From Capsulimonadaceae bacterium (GTDB lineage: Bacteria > Armatimonadota > Armatimonadia > Armatimonadales > Capsulimonadaceae), in contig CBDCAE010000005.1 of assembly GCA_965213825.1 (NCBI GenBank), positions 70,443 to 134,442 on the forward strand: 64,000 bases of DNA, read 5' to 3'. The position numbers and the translations under genes are program-made. Shown in pieces: positions 32,142 through 40,636 of the stretch (position 1 is its first letter; the number at the start of each line of letters is the position of its first letter). The notes under the pieces were generated by a model that did no database searches, was not told the origin of the DNA, and saw only the letters and a list, made by a program, of their open reading frames with translations.

Positions 32142-32756
32142 CTACTTCGCCGGCGGCGGAAAGTTCTTTAAGGCTGCACTGACGGCGTTGCTGACGGTTT
32201 TTTCATCGGGTTGGTCTACCGGCCCGGACACATAGGCACGCCAGACGAGCTTTTTGGTGCGCGGGTCAATCAGATCCAGAATCAGTGTCCCCTGCGTGTA
32301 GGTGTTGGTGTAGAACTGATTGTAGCCCGCCCCAAAGTAAGCGCCTCGGTCAAACCCGAACGGCCCGCCGAAGTAGGGCGAGTTGTAGGGGTCCGGCCCC
32401 ATACTTTCAATGTCCTGTTTGGTTTTCGCGCCGGCGACATAAGTGGCAACTAAATCGGGGTTCTGCGTGACGGGCTGTAAGCCCTTCGCCGTGAGCTGGT
32501 TGACGACGGCGTTTTGAATGCGGCCTGCGACCAGCGTGTTGTTCGGGTCGGGCGTTCCCAGGCGGCTGACGATGCGGCCCGGCTGGAACGCAAACGTGTG
32601 GTACTGGGCGAAGTTGACATTTTTGTCGTAATCGGTCTTGACGCTCTGCCCGCTGTCGCTGTTGCAGCCGGCAAGCAGGGCGGCGGCGAGGCCAAGGGCG
32701 GCGACGGAGACAAGGGGCGCTTTGAGTGTTCGGAATGACCAAGATTGTGTTTTCAT
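32142..32756 (-). CDS. DUF4136-type lipoprotein
   Basis: Lipobox LLAGC after MKTQSWSF... (internal ATG 32756). DYDKNVNFAQYHTFAF. Confidence 0.65.
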   Translation of the reverse strand: MKTQSWSFRTLKAPLVSVAALGLAAALLAGCNSDSGQSVKTDYDKNVNFAQYHTFAFQPGRIVSRLGTPDPNNTLVAGRIQNAVVNQLTAKGLQPVTQNPDLVATYVAGAKTKQDIESMGPDPYNSPYFGGPFGFDRGAYFGAGYNQFYTNTYTQGTLILDLIDPRTKKLVWRAYVSGPVDQPDEKTVSNAVSAALKNFPPPAK

Positions 32757-32860
32757 CGGTTGACTTACCTTGCTGATGAGAGAGAATGCTTTATCATACC
32801 CACACAGGCATTTATAGATGTGAGGCGGACGCAGAGTTGAAGACCATGCGTTAAAACGCA

Positions 32861-32999
32861 CGGCTATTGGGCGCGGACGCCGGGGACCCGGCACTGGAAG
32901 TACCGGGCTACTGTTGAGTGGAAGTCGAAGCGACTAAAGACTCGCGTTCGGTCTCAGCCCCGCGAAGCGGTGGGTTCCCGGCGTCTGCGCCCAATAGCC
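32861..32999. repeat. Long inverted repeat: 28-nt arms (2 mismatches) separated by about 82 nt
   Basis: GGCTATTGGGCGCGGACGCCGGGGACCC ... GGGTTCCCGGCGTCTGCGCCCAATAGCC, in a divergent intergenic region. Confidence 0.7.
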
Positions 33000-33040
33000 A
33001 TGTCCTTCAGGACAGGGTTCCTTTTCAGCACCACGAACAA

Positions 33041-33442
33041 ATGCCTCAGCCGCCAAACAACCAGAAACCGCCTCAGCCGGAGCAGCACGGCAAAATCTGG
33101 CCTCCTCCCCTAAAGACGCCTCCGCCTCAGCGCGTCCCTGCGTCCTTAAATGACCCTACCTACTTGACAGGCAAAAATTGGCTGGACGCGATTTTAGGAA
33201 TTCCCGCTGGCTTCTTGACCGGGTTCCTGCTGTATGGTGTCTTCAGTCTTTGCTTTCAGTTGTTCTGCAAGCCGCCCTGGCACCAGCCCCAGATGCTCAC
33301 CATGTGCAGCGTCGGTGCTATCTTAACGACTGCTTCTTACCTGCTGATCAGCAGGAAATACTCTTTGTTCGCGTTCACCATGTGGTTTGGCGGCATTCCG
33401 CTCTACGCCGTGCTGTTTCTGCTGGCTTGGATATTCTCATGA
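33041..33442 (+). CDS. Hypothetical membrane protein with a proline/glutamine-rich N-terminus
   Basis: ATG 33041 (MPQPPNNQKPP...). Three hydrophobic segments. Confidence 0.45.
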   Translation: MPQPPNNQKPPQPEQHGKIWPPPLKTPPPQRVPASLNDPTYLTGKNWLDAILGIPAGFLTGFLLYGVFSLCFQLFCKPPWHQPQMLTMCSVGAILTTASYLLISRKYSLFAFTMWFGGIPLYAVLFLLAWIFS

Positions 33443-33459
33443 GTCTCCAATTGTAAGTC

Positions 33460-33557
33460 GCTAAATCAGCGAGCGGCTTAGAGGTATAGATAGTGACTGA
33501 TGAGATCGGCGCTTAATGCTTCGGGTGATCTGTCTATGGTTTAGACGCCACGGCGCT
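33460..33557 (-). pseudogene. Decayed second copy of the DUF58 gene 3' end (last ~33 codons)
   Basis: My hand alignment to 34750-34848 gives about 80 of 98 positions identical plus one 1-nt indel. The copy contains in-frame TAA stops. Confidence 0.75.
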
Positions 33558-33570
33558 TGAAGTCGCAGTT

Positions 33571-34113
33571 TCATCTATTGATCCTTGCGGCAATTTTTGG
33601 ATACAGCGCATCCAAATCATCTTCTTCCCATTTCATGCCGGCAGGCTCGCCTGGAATGAAACCGGCTCCATCAGACGGCATCTCACGGCCTGCCTTTTCT
33701 TCATAAACTTCACCTGCAACGTAGCCGAGTTCTTCGCATTCCAGCCAAGCATCACCCCACTCGATGTCAGTTTTGGTGAGATCAGCGAGGCCGTCTGGGT
33801 CAGCTAACGCCGCCTCAAATATGGTCTGCCCTTGCCCAATGAGCCACCGGCGAAAATACTCGAAGCCATCATCCGAGCCGCCGCCATTTATCAGATAGGC
33901 GGCTCCCCACAAATCCCACCGATACGCGGCTTGTCGGCACTCGTTGAAGATGCGCTCAAACGCAATGAGTTCTTCTACCGGAATTAGCGACAGAGAAGAT
34001 TTAAGAGCAACAGCCTGCGCCTCGCATTCGCCGCCGCTTTTCGCGTGAGCGTCCTCAATTAGTTGCCAGAATTGTGCTTTATCCAAATCGTCTTTCTCAA
34101 TCCACAAGGCCAT
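33571..34113 (-). CDS. DUF4240 domain protein
   Basis: YRWDLWGAAYLINGGGSDDGFEYFRRWLIGQG. Confidence 0.7.
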   Translation of the reverse strand: MALWIEKDDLDKAQFWQLIEDAHAKSGGECEAQAVALKSSLSLIPVEELIAFERIFNECRQAAYRWDLWGAAYLINGGGSDDGFEYFRRWLIGQGQTIFEAALADPDGLADLTKTDIEWGDAWLECEELGYVAGEVYEEKAGREMPSDGAGFIPGEPAGMKWEEDDLDALYPKIAARINR

Positions 34114-34741
34114 TGTGCCTCAGCCAGCCCACTACCTGCGACATTTGTTCGCGGCGTCCCTGCCAAAAAGCGTTCGTCAATCTTCCTTTGTACAAGCTAT
34201 TTTTCGAAGCAACAAACTCGATGAGATGGTTAATTGCCATGTCGGTTTTCAGGTTCTGCCAGGCATCAAGGTAACTTGATAAATCATCTTCCGCTTGCCC
34301 GATCGCACACAGGTACTCGTCTATCGCAACCGCCTCCATCGGTATGGACAGTACGAACAGCCACAGTGCCATCAGGTAGTGCCGAACAGCCGCGCGTTCC
34401 TGCTCCGGCCAGTCCTTCCAGTCTGCATAATGCAGCTTGCCGAAAAGAACTTCTACATCTATTTCATGGGCGATGCTGTCTGCTTCGGTGACCAGTTCCA
34501 GCAGACGCGGCAGGAAGTGCTTGAAGTCATTCTCAGTTCCCCATGTCGTTAAGGCTTTGAAGGCGTAGCGGCTGAGGTCATCCGTCATAAGGCCACGCAA
34601 AGGTTTCCGATGAAGATTGCTTTTATCTTCGTCCGAAGCGCAGCAAGGGCATCCATCTATCTTTTGGGCAATCGGATAATCTGTGAAGACTTTGTAAAGT
34701 TCTTCAATCGCCACTGCCAGCGCTTGTTTTTCTGAAGTCAT
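34097..34741 (-). CDS. Hypothetical protein (CPCC motif; immunity-protein-like context)
   Basis: 214-aa ORF starting 8 nt after the DUF58 stop. IDGCPCCASDEDK ... FKHFLPRLLELV. Confidence 0.5.
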   Translation of the reverse strand: MTSEKQALAVAIEELYKVFTDYPIAQKIDGCPCCASDEDKSNLHRKPLRGLMTDDLSRYAFKALTTWGTENDFKHFLPRLLELVTEADSIAHEIDVEVLFGKLHYADWKDWPEQERAAVRHYLMALWLFVLSIPMEAVAIDEYLCAIGQAEDDLSSYLDAWQNLKTDMAINHLIEFVASKNSLYKGRLTNAFWQGRREQMSQVVGWLRHNGLVD

Positions 34742-34749
34742 AGATGTCT

Positions 34750-36069
34750 CTAAATCAGCGAGCGGGCTTTGAGGTCTAAGTAGTGGTTGATGAGGTCGGC
34801 GCTGAGGTCTTCGGGAGGGCTGTCTACGGTCCAGACGCCCCGGCGCTTTAGTACCGAAATGGCGGCGCGGCGCTCCTGCAAGACCTGGACGGCGACGGCT
34901 TTCTGGTAGACTCCCGCGCTGTCTTCGGGAATGCTGTTGGCGGCGGCCAGGATGTTCGGGTCGCTCACGGTGACGCAGACGACGCGGTGGCTGTCGGAGA
35001 GCATGGGGACGGCGTCGAGGATTTGGGCGGAGGAGTCCGGGTCTACGAGGTCAGAGAACAGCACAATCAAAGAGCGGCGGCGCCAGCGGGTGGAGAGGTT
35101 CTGGAAGGCCGCTTTGTAGTCGGTCTCGACCATGCGGGCGTTGAGGTTGTAGAGGCTTTCCAGAATGCCGTAGACCTGGGCTTTGCTTTTGGCGGGCGGC
35201 AGGTAGGCACGGACTTCGGCGTCAAAGGCCATCAGGCCCACTTTGTCGTCGCCTGCCGCCGCGACATACGCCAGCATCAGGGCGGTGTTGACCACATAAT
35301 CCAGCTTCGCCATCTTCTGAATTCCTTGCAGCATGTTCCGGCCTGTGTCCAGCATCAAAATGATGTTCTGCGAGCGCTCCGCCTCATACTGCCGCGAAAT
35401 CAGCTTGCCCCGGCGGGCGGTCGCGCTCCAATCAATCTTTTTGTATTCATCCCCCGGCACATACTCCCGCAGTGACTCAAACTCCGAGCCGCCTCCGCGC
35501 ACTTTGGCCGTGCGGATGCCGAGCTGCATCAGCCGCCCGCGCCGGGCCAGCAGCTCGTATTTCGCCGTTTCCACGAGGTTCGGATAGACTTTGATCGTCT
35601 GTTCAGCGCGAATTCGGCCCTGACGCTCGATCAGCCCTAAGCGCCCCGGATAGCGAAAAAAGAGGTCTCCAAAGGCAAAGTCCCCTTTCGCGGGCGGCGT
35701 CACCTGGTAGGCGAATGACAGCGGGCGCGGGTCAGGCGGCAAAAGGAGTGTGCGCTCGGCAGAGCTGCCCAGGTCAAAGGTCGGCGGCGGCAGGTCACGC
35801 ACCCGCAGGCGCAGAGCCATTGGTGACTTGTTCTGCGCCGTCACCGTCACAGGGTTTGCAACCCCTAACGACAGTTTTTCGTCTACCGCGCGGGTCAGCG
35901 TCAGGGCCGTTTCCGGCTTTGGCGCGGCGAAGAAATCGGCCAGTGTGCAGGCCGCAAGCACGGCATTGTAAACCAGCACGACGGCCAGCAGCCAGGGCGC
36001 GAAACCGACAAGCAGCAGCGGCAGTGCACCGAGGGCGAGAAGAACGACAAAGCGGGGAGTTAAACGCAT
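34750..36069 (-). CDS. DUF58 (vWA-like) protein
   Basis: GGSEFESLREYVPGDEYKKIDW, two N-terminal TM segments. Confidence 0.85.
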   Translation of the reverse strand: MRLTPRFVVLLALGALPLLLVGFAPWLLAVVLVYNAVLAACTLADFFAAPKPETALTLTRAVDEKLSLGVANPVTVTAQNKSPMALRLRVRDLPPPTFDLGSSAERTLLLPPDPRPLSFAYQVTPPAKGDFAFGDLFFRYPGRLGLIERQGRIRAEQTIKVYPNLVETAKYELLARRGRLMQLGIRTAKVRGGGSEFESLREYVPGDEYKKIDWSATARRGKLISRQYEAERSQNIILMLDTGRNMLQGIQKMAKLDYVVNTALMLAYVAAAGDDKVGLMAFDAEVRAYLPPAKSKAQVYGILESLYNLNARMVETDYKAAFQNLSTRWRRRSLIVLFSDLVDPDSSAQILDAVPMLSDSHRVVCVTVSDPNILAAANSIPEDSAGVYQKAVAVQVLQERRAAISVLKRRGVWTVDSPPEDLSADLINHYLDLKARSLI

Positions 36070-36108
36070 GGATTATTATAACTTATGTTGGGCAGATAAG
36101 TATCGTTT

Positions 36109-36915
36109 CTACTCGCGCCAAATGGACCCTGCCGGAATGAGGCGCAGGCCCGCCCGCTCCTGGTTGCGAAAGGTCGTCGTGCCGGGACTGCCGCCGCCGA
36201 CTACCAGGCTGCACCCTAAAGCAGCGGCATCGTGCAGGCGCTGCCGGATAAGAGCCGACTGAATGCCGCGCCGGCGATACTCCGGCAAAACTCCGGCGGC
36301 TCCGAAATAGCCGACTCCGTCTACGCAGGGAAAAGACGCCATGCCGACCGGCTGCCCGGCGATCTCGGCGATGTACCGGGCGCCGCCCGGCAGACTGTCT
36401 TCCGCCCATTGAAAGGCCCGGTATTCCGGCTCCTGTTCGGGCCAGCCCGCGAACGACTGCTGAAAGAGGTCAAGATAGCGTTCTTTTTCTTCCGGGCCGG
36501 ATCGCCGCACCGTGATTTCCGGGGCGGGAGTCAGTTCGCCACTCTCAGGCACGAGAACCGGCACCGTTCCGCTTCCGGGCGACCACAGCCCGGCGTCAGT
36601 CAGTCCCTGAAAGAGTTCGCGGTTCATCGCTCCCGGCGGAACATGAACCGTGCAGGTCAGGCCGTCGGCCCTGTACCACGTCAGCAAATCCGCTAACAAG
36701 TGCAAGTCGCCGGGCTGAAACCCGTAGACGCGGTTCTTGCCGCGCAGCAGAGGGTGACGCACTTTGACCGCGACGCCAGCGCCGAAGTGCCGCATCTCAA
36801 CACCAAACGGATTATCGGGAAGCGCCGCCGCTGCCCCGAACCGGGCGGCGTTGAACCGGGCACCGAAGCGGTCCACCTGCGCGATCATCTCGGTCGAAGC
36901 GTGGAGAATACTCAT
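36109..36915 (-). CDS. GNAT family N-acetyltransferase
   Basis: VLPEYRRRGIQSALIRQRL (acetyl-CoA motif A). Confidence 0.7.
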   Translation of the reverse strand: MSILHASTEMIAQVDRFGARFNAARFGAAAALPDNPFGVEMRHFGAGVAVKVRHPLLRGKNRVYGFQPGDLHLLADLLTWYRADGLTCTVHVPPGAMNRELFQGLTDAGLWSPGSGTVPVLVPESGELTPAPEITVRRSGPEEKERYLDLFQQSFAGWPEQEPEYRAFQWAEDSLPGGARYIAEIAGQPVGMASFPCVDGVGYFGAAGVLPEYRRRGIQSALIRQRLHDAAALGCSLVVGGGSPGTTTFRNQERAGLRLIPAGSIWRE

Positions 36916-36993
36916 GCCCTAGTATACAGAAAGCAGGCGAACAAGTCAAATTGAGGAAAGCTTAAAAATAAATTAACTATTTTAATATAAGCA

Positions 36994-37022
36994 TTGACTT
37001 TTTTAATTTATGAGCCTATAAT
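36994..37022 (+). promoter_or_regulatory. Consensus-like sigma70 promoter
   Basis: TTGACT-17 nt-TATAAT in an AT-rich spacer, 17 nt upstream of ATG 37040. Confidence 0.55.
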
Positions 37023-37039
37023 ACAAGAGAAGGTAACAA

Positions 37040-37486
37040 ATGACACAGCCGATGCCGAATAAATGCCCGCTTTGCAGCGGCGAGCTGGAAGTGACCGAGA
37101 TCCACTGTTTGCAGTGCGACGTGCAGATACACGGGCAGTTTGCGATTGCGCCGTACCGTAATTTGGACGCCGAGCAAATCCGCTTTTTGGAGACGTTCCT
37201 GCGCTGCCGGGGCGTCATCCGGGATATGGAAGCCGCCCTCGGCATTTCCTACCCCACCGTCCGGGCCCGTCTGGACGCGCTTTTGGTCTCACTGGGGTTT
37301 GACGGAGGTCCGTATGCCGAGCCGAAGGCTCCTGCCGAGCCGCAAGCCCCGCCGGTGCCCGCGCCGCTGACCGCCGCTCAGAAGGCGGTCCGGCGCAAAG
37401 AGATTCTCACCGCGATTGAAAACGGCACGCTGGATGCCGACACCGGGCTGACCGCCCTGCACGCTTTGTCTGAAGAAAAGTCGTGA
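37040..37486 (+). CDS. DUF2089 protein (zinc ribbon + HTH)
   Basis: CPLCSGELEVTEIHCLQCDVQIHGQF; FLRCRGVIRDMEAALGISYPTVRARLDALL. Confidence 0.75.
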   Translation: MTQPMPNKCPLCSGELEVTEIHCLQCDVQIHGQFAIAPYRNLDAEQIRFLETFLRCRGVIRDMEAALGISYPTVRARLDALLVSLGFDGGPYAEPKAPAEPQAPPVPAPLTAAQKAVRRKEILTAIENGTLDADTGLTALHALSEEKS

Positions 37487-37509
37487 GACTCAGAATGAGG
37501 AGACACACC

Positions 37510-37749
37510 ATGATTAGCGCACCGCTCCGCCCGATCCAAACAACATCAACGGAAACAACGCCCAGCGTCAAAACTCAAGGCCATCTGGCACTTCTGGAAT
37601 GGGACGAGACTTTGCCCGTCCCCGCCGCCGCGCCCAGCACGTTCGGTCCGCACAAAAAGTCTTTGCTGGACCGCTGCTATGAAGGCGGCACATTGGTCCT
37701 GCTCGCCGTCACCGCTGCCGCACTGGCCGCGTCTTTGTGCCGCTTTTAA
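37510..37749 (+). CDS. Small hypothetical protein with a C-terminal TM segment
   Basis: GAGGAG lies 7 nt before ATG 37510. Confidence 0.4.
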   Translation: MISAPLRPIQTTSTETTPSVKTQGHLALLEWDETLPVPAAAPSTFGPHKKSLLDRCYEGGTLVLLAVTAAALAASLCRF

Positions 37750-37782
37750 CGCCTGTGCCACTTGTAATGAAAGAAGAAACCT

Positions 37783-39441
37783 ATGTCTGAAGAAAGCGTT
37801 TTGATCTTAAACATGCTCCGCGAGGGCAAAGTCACCGCCGAGCAGGCCGATTCTCTGCTCCGGGCCGTTCGTGAGAACATCCCATCGTCCTCCTCGTCCG
37901 TGCCGCCGGTTGCCCCAGTGCCGCCCGTCCCGCCGGTTCCCCCGGTGATTGAGCCGGACACGGCGGCGATTGCGGCGATGTCGGCGAAGCTGGCCGAGCT
38001 GCAAGGAAAGCTCGGCGACTTGCAGGGCAAGCTCGGCGCAGCCCAGACATCCCGTACGACCGATTTCACCTCGGCACTGGCCGGCAAGATTTTCGACACC
38101 CTGCCGAAGCCGGAACTCGACATGGGCAAGATCAACAAAGCTGTGGACGAAGCGATGCGCGGCCTGAACTCGCTCAAAAATGATGCCCTGCGGACGGCAA
38201 AGACTGCCGCTCGGCAGGCGTCGCATGAGGCCCGCCGGGCCGGACGCGAGAGCCGCAAGGCCATGAAGTTCGAGTTCAATTTCAATCTCGGCGGCGAGAC
38301 TCCCAGCGGTCGGCCCCGGAACACATCAGGGGAGCCGGAAGCGGTTCAAACCAGCACCGAAAACATTGCCTGGAGCGGCGCAGACAAGCTGGCCCTCGAA
38401 AACCACTACGGCAGCATCACGATGATCGGCGCAGACATTCCGGCAGGCACGGCGGAAGCGATTATGACTAAGACCGCCTGGGCGGAGTCGGAGGCCGAAG
38501 CGCGGGTGTTTTTGCAGCAGGTGTTTCTGACCCATCAAACCGAAAATGGCCGGTGCAAGATCGGGATTGCCGCCCCGCGCGACGCCGCCGAGCGCCTGAC
38601 CGTGGATTACGAGATCAAAGTGCCGCGTACCGTGCCGCTGGAAGCGACAACCACCTACGGCGCGGTTTCAGCGACGGGGACTGCCGGGACGCTGAATGTG
38701 CATTCGGCGTCAGGCAAAATCCAGGCGTTTGAGCCGAACACCGACGCGCCCGGCGAGACCCGCCTGCACTCTCATTCGGGGGATGTCAAAATCGCCCGCT
38801 GGAACTTGCCGCAGGGCAGCGTCTTTGTCGAGACCAGCAGCGCGGCGATTGAGGCATCGGAGCTCTCCGGCGAAACCGTGAGCTTGACCAGCCGCAGCGG
38901 AGACATTGACGCACGCACGGTTCACGCCGGGTCGCTGGGGGTGTTCGAGTCCGCCAGCGGCGATGTCTGCGTTTCCGAAAGTACGGCGAAAACGCGGGTG
39001 CATCTTCGCACCCAGAGCGGGCAGGCCGAGCTGACCAATACCCAGGCCGAGCAGGTGCAGGTGGAGACGGTCAGCGGCGACGCCAGGCTTCGGTCGGTTT
39101 CCGGGACGCTGACGGTCAAGACCATCAGCGGCGACGTGAGCGCCGAAGAAGCCGAAAGCGAGGCAATTTCGCTGGTCACGGTCAGCGGCGACACGCGCTG
39201 GGTCCTGCCGTCCTCCTTCAGCGGCGCGTTTTCCGGCACCACCGTCAGCGGCGACCTGCATTTGTTCGTGCCATCCGGGTCCGATGCGCGGGTCGAGCTG
39301 AACACGACCAACGGGACTTTGGCTCTGAAACTACCGACCACCGACACCGTGACGGCGGAGCGTCATGCCGTCGGCACGCTGGGCAGCGGAACCGGCTCCA
39401 TTCGCCTGCAATCGGTTTCAGGAGATTTGGTGGTGGAGTAG
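37783..39441 (+). CDS. DUF4097 beta-strand-repeat protein with a SHOCT-like N-terminus
   Basis: ILNMLREGKVTAEQADSLLRAV, PV-repeat linker, repeated SGD(V/I/T) beta-helix units. Confidence 0.75.
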   Translation: MSEESVLILNMLREGKVTAEQADSLLRAVRENIPSSSSSVPPVAPVPPVPPVPPVIEPDTAAIAAMSAKLAELQGKLGDLQGKLGAAQTSRTTDFTSALAGKIFDTLPKPELDMGKINKAVDEAMRGLNSLKNDALRTAKTAARQASHEARRAGRESRKAMKFEFNFNLGGETPSGRPRNTSGEPEAVQTSTENIAWSGADKLALENHYGSITMIGADIPAGTAEAIMTKTAWAESEAEARVFLQQVFLTHQTENGRCKIGIAAPRDAAERLTVDYEIKVPRTVPLEATTTYGAVSATGTAGTLNVHSASGKIQAFEPNTDAPGETRLHSHSGDVKIARWNLPQGSVFVETSSAAIEASELSGETVSLTSRSGDIDARTVHAGSLGVFESASGDVCVSESTAKTRVHLRTQSGQAELTNTQAEQVQVETVSGDARLRSVSGTLTVKTISGDVSAEEAESEAISLVTVSGDTRWVLPSSFSGAFSGTTVSGDLHLFVPSGSDARVELNTTNGTLALKLPTTDTVTAERHAVGTLGSGTGSIRLQSVSGDLVVE

Positions 39442-39501
39442 GAACGACAGGGGTTTCGAGGCTTGCGCTCTCAAGAGACCAGCCCTGTTTGCAGATTACC
39501 C

Positions 39502-39530
39502 TTGACGCAGGCGGCGTTTTGTTGTAACAT
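39502..39530 (+). promoter_or_regulatory. Sigma70-type promoter
   Basis: TTGACG-17 nt-TAACAT. Confidence 0.4.
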
Positions 39531-39606
39531 AGAGAAGTAACTCATTTTGAAACAAACGGTCCTGTCGGCGGTTATCCGGTGGGGCCGCGAAAGGAACTTC
39601 TTTATT

Positions 39607-40554
39607 TTGACACGCTTTCCCCTGCGCTGGTCTGCGACGGCTGCTTTCCTGCTCGCCGCCGCGCCCGCCGTCTTCGCCCAAGCGGTACCAATGAACCCCG
39701 GCCTGCCGCCCGCCCCGCCGGTTGCCCCGCCGCCGACCATCACGCCCACGACTCCCGGCCCGCCCGGAGTCGCGGCGGTCGTCAACGGCCAGAACATTAC
39801 CCGCACTCAGGTGGCCGACCAGGCCATCAGTCTCTACGGGCAGCAGATCTTTGAGACAATGGTGCTGATTGCGCTGATTAACCAGCAGGCTCAAAAGCAG
39901 AACGTTGTTATCACGCCCGCGCAGGTGGACGCCCGGATCACGGACCTGCGGGCACGAGCCGCCGCGCAGGGTGTCCCCGGCGGTCTGGACACGGTTCTGG
40001 CCCAGCGCCACGAGACCATTGCATCGTTCAAGCAGCAATTAATCCCCCAGATGCAGGCGGAAGCCCTCGTCGAGAAAACCCTGCCGCCTCCGACCACGGT
40101 ACGCTACCACGCCCGGCACCTACTGATTTTGACCACGGCGCAGGGCGGCGGGAAAGCGCCGCACACGGACGCCGAAGCGCTGGCGCTGATCGCGAAAGCC
40201 CAAGCGGAGCTGAAAGCTGGCAAAAGCTTCTCAGTGGTCGCCGATGAATACACCGAGGACCCTTCCGGCAAAGGCAAAGGCGGAGACCTCGGCATCATTG
40301 ACGCGAGCACGCCGTTCGACCCAAACTTCCTGAAGGCTGCGCTGGCGCTGAAGCCCGGTCAGGTGACTCCTACCCCAGTGAAGTCCCAGTACGGCTACCA
40401 CTTGATCAAAATTGACAGCACCAGCGCTGCGCCGACGCCCGCCGACGCCAAGCTGTACGCAGATGCCCGCCGCCAGCAGGTCGAGGCCGCTATCCCTGCC
40501 TATGTCCAGAACCTGCGGAAGACTGCAACAGTCATCAATTACTTAGGCCAGTAA
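39607..40554 (+). CDS. Parvulin-type peptidyl-prolyl isomerase (PpiC/SurA/PrsA-like), secreted
   Basis: Signal peptide ...AAFLLAAAPAVFAQ. HARHLLIL, GGDLGIID, QYGYHLIKI. The longest ORF starts at TTG 39547; TTG 39607 gives a clean signal peptide. Confidence 0.8.
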   Translation: MTRFPLRWSATAAFLLAAAPAVFAQAVPMNPGLPPAPPVAPPPTITPTTPGPPGVAAVVNGQNITRTQVADQAISLYGQQIFETMVLIALINQQAQKQNVVITPAQVDARITDLRARAAAQGVPGGLDTVLAQRHETIASFKQQLIPQMQAEALVEKTLPPPTTVRYHARHLLILTTAQGGGKAPHTDAEALALIAKAQAELKAGKSFSVVADEYTEDPSGKGKGGDLGIIDASTPFDPNFLKAALALKPGQVTPTPVKSQYGYHLIKIDSTSAAPTPADAKLYADARRQQVEAAIPAYVQNLRKTATVINYLGQ

Positions 40555-40567
40555 TGGCATTCTCATC

Positions 40568-40600
40568 GCCCGCCGAATTGCATTCGGCGGGCTATTTTTA
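40568..40600 (+). terminator. Rho-independent terminator
   Basis: GCCCGCCGAAT-tgc-ATTCGGCGGGC followed by TATTTTTA. Confidence 0.75.
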
Positions 40601-40636
40601 TCACCTATTTTTTATCACAAATTGAGGAGACCTAGT

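Noticed and set aside
40592-40619. Tandem CTATTTTTATCAC / CTATTTTTTATCAC repeat after the PPIase terminator.
   Set aside because: It is most simply the terminator U-tract plus an AT-rich promoter spacer for the next gene. There are only two copies and no evidence of function.
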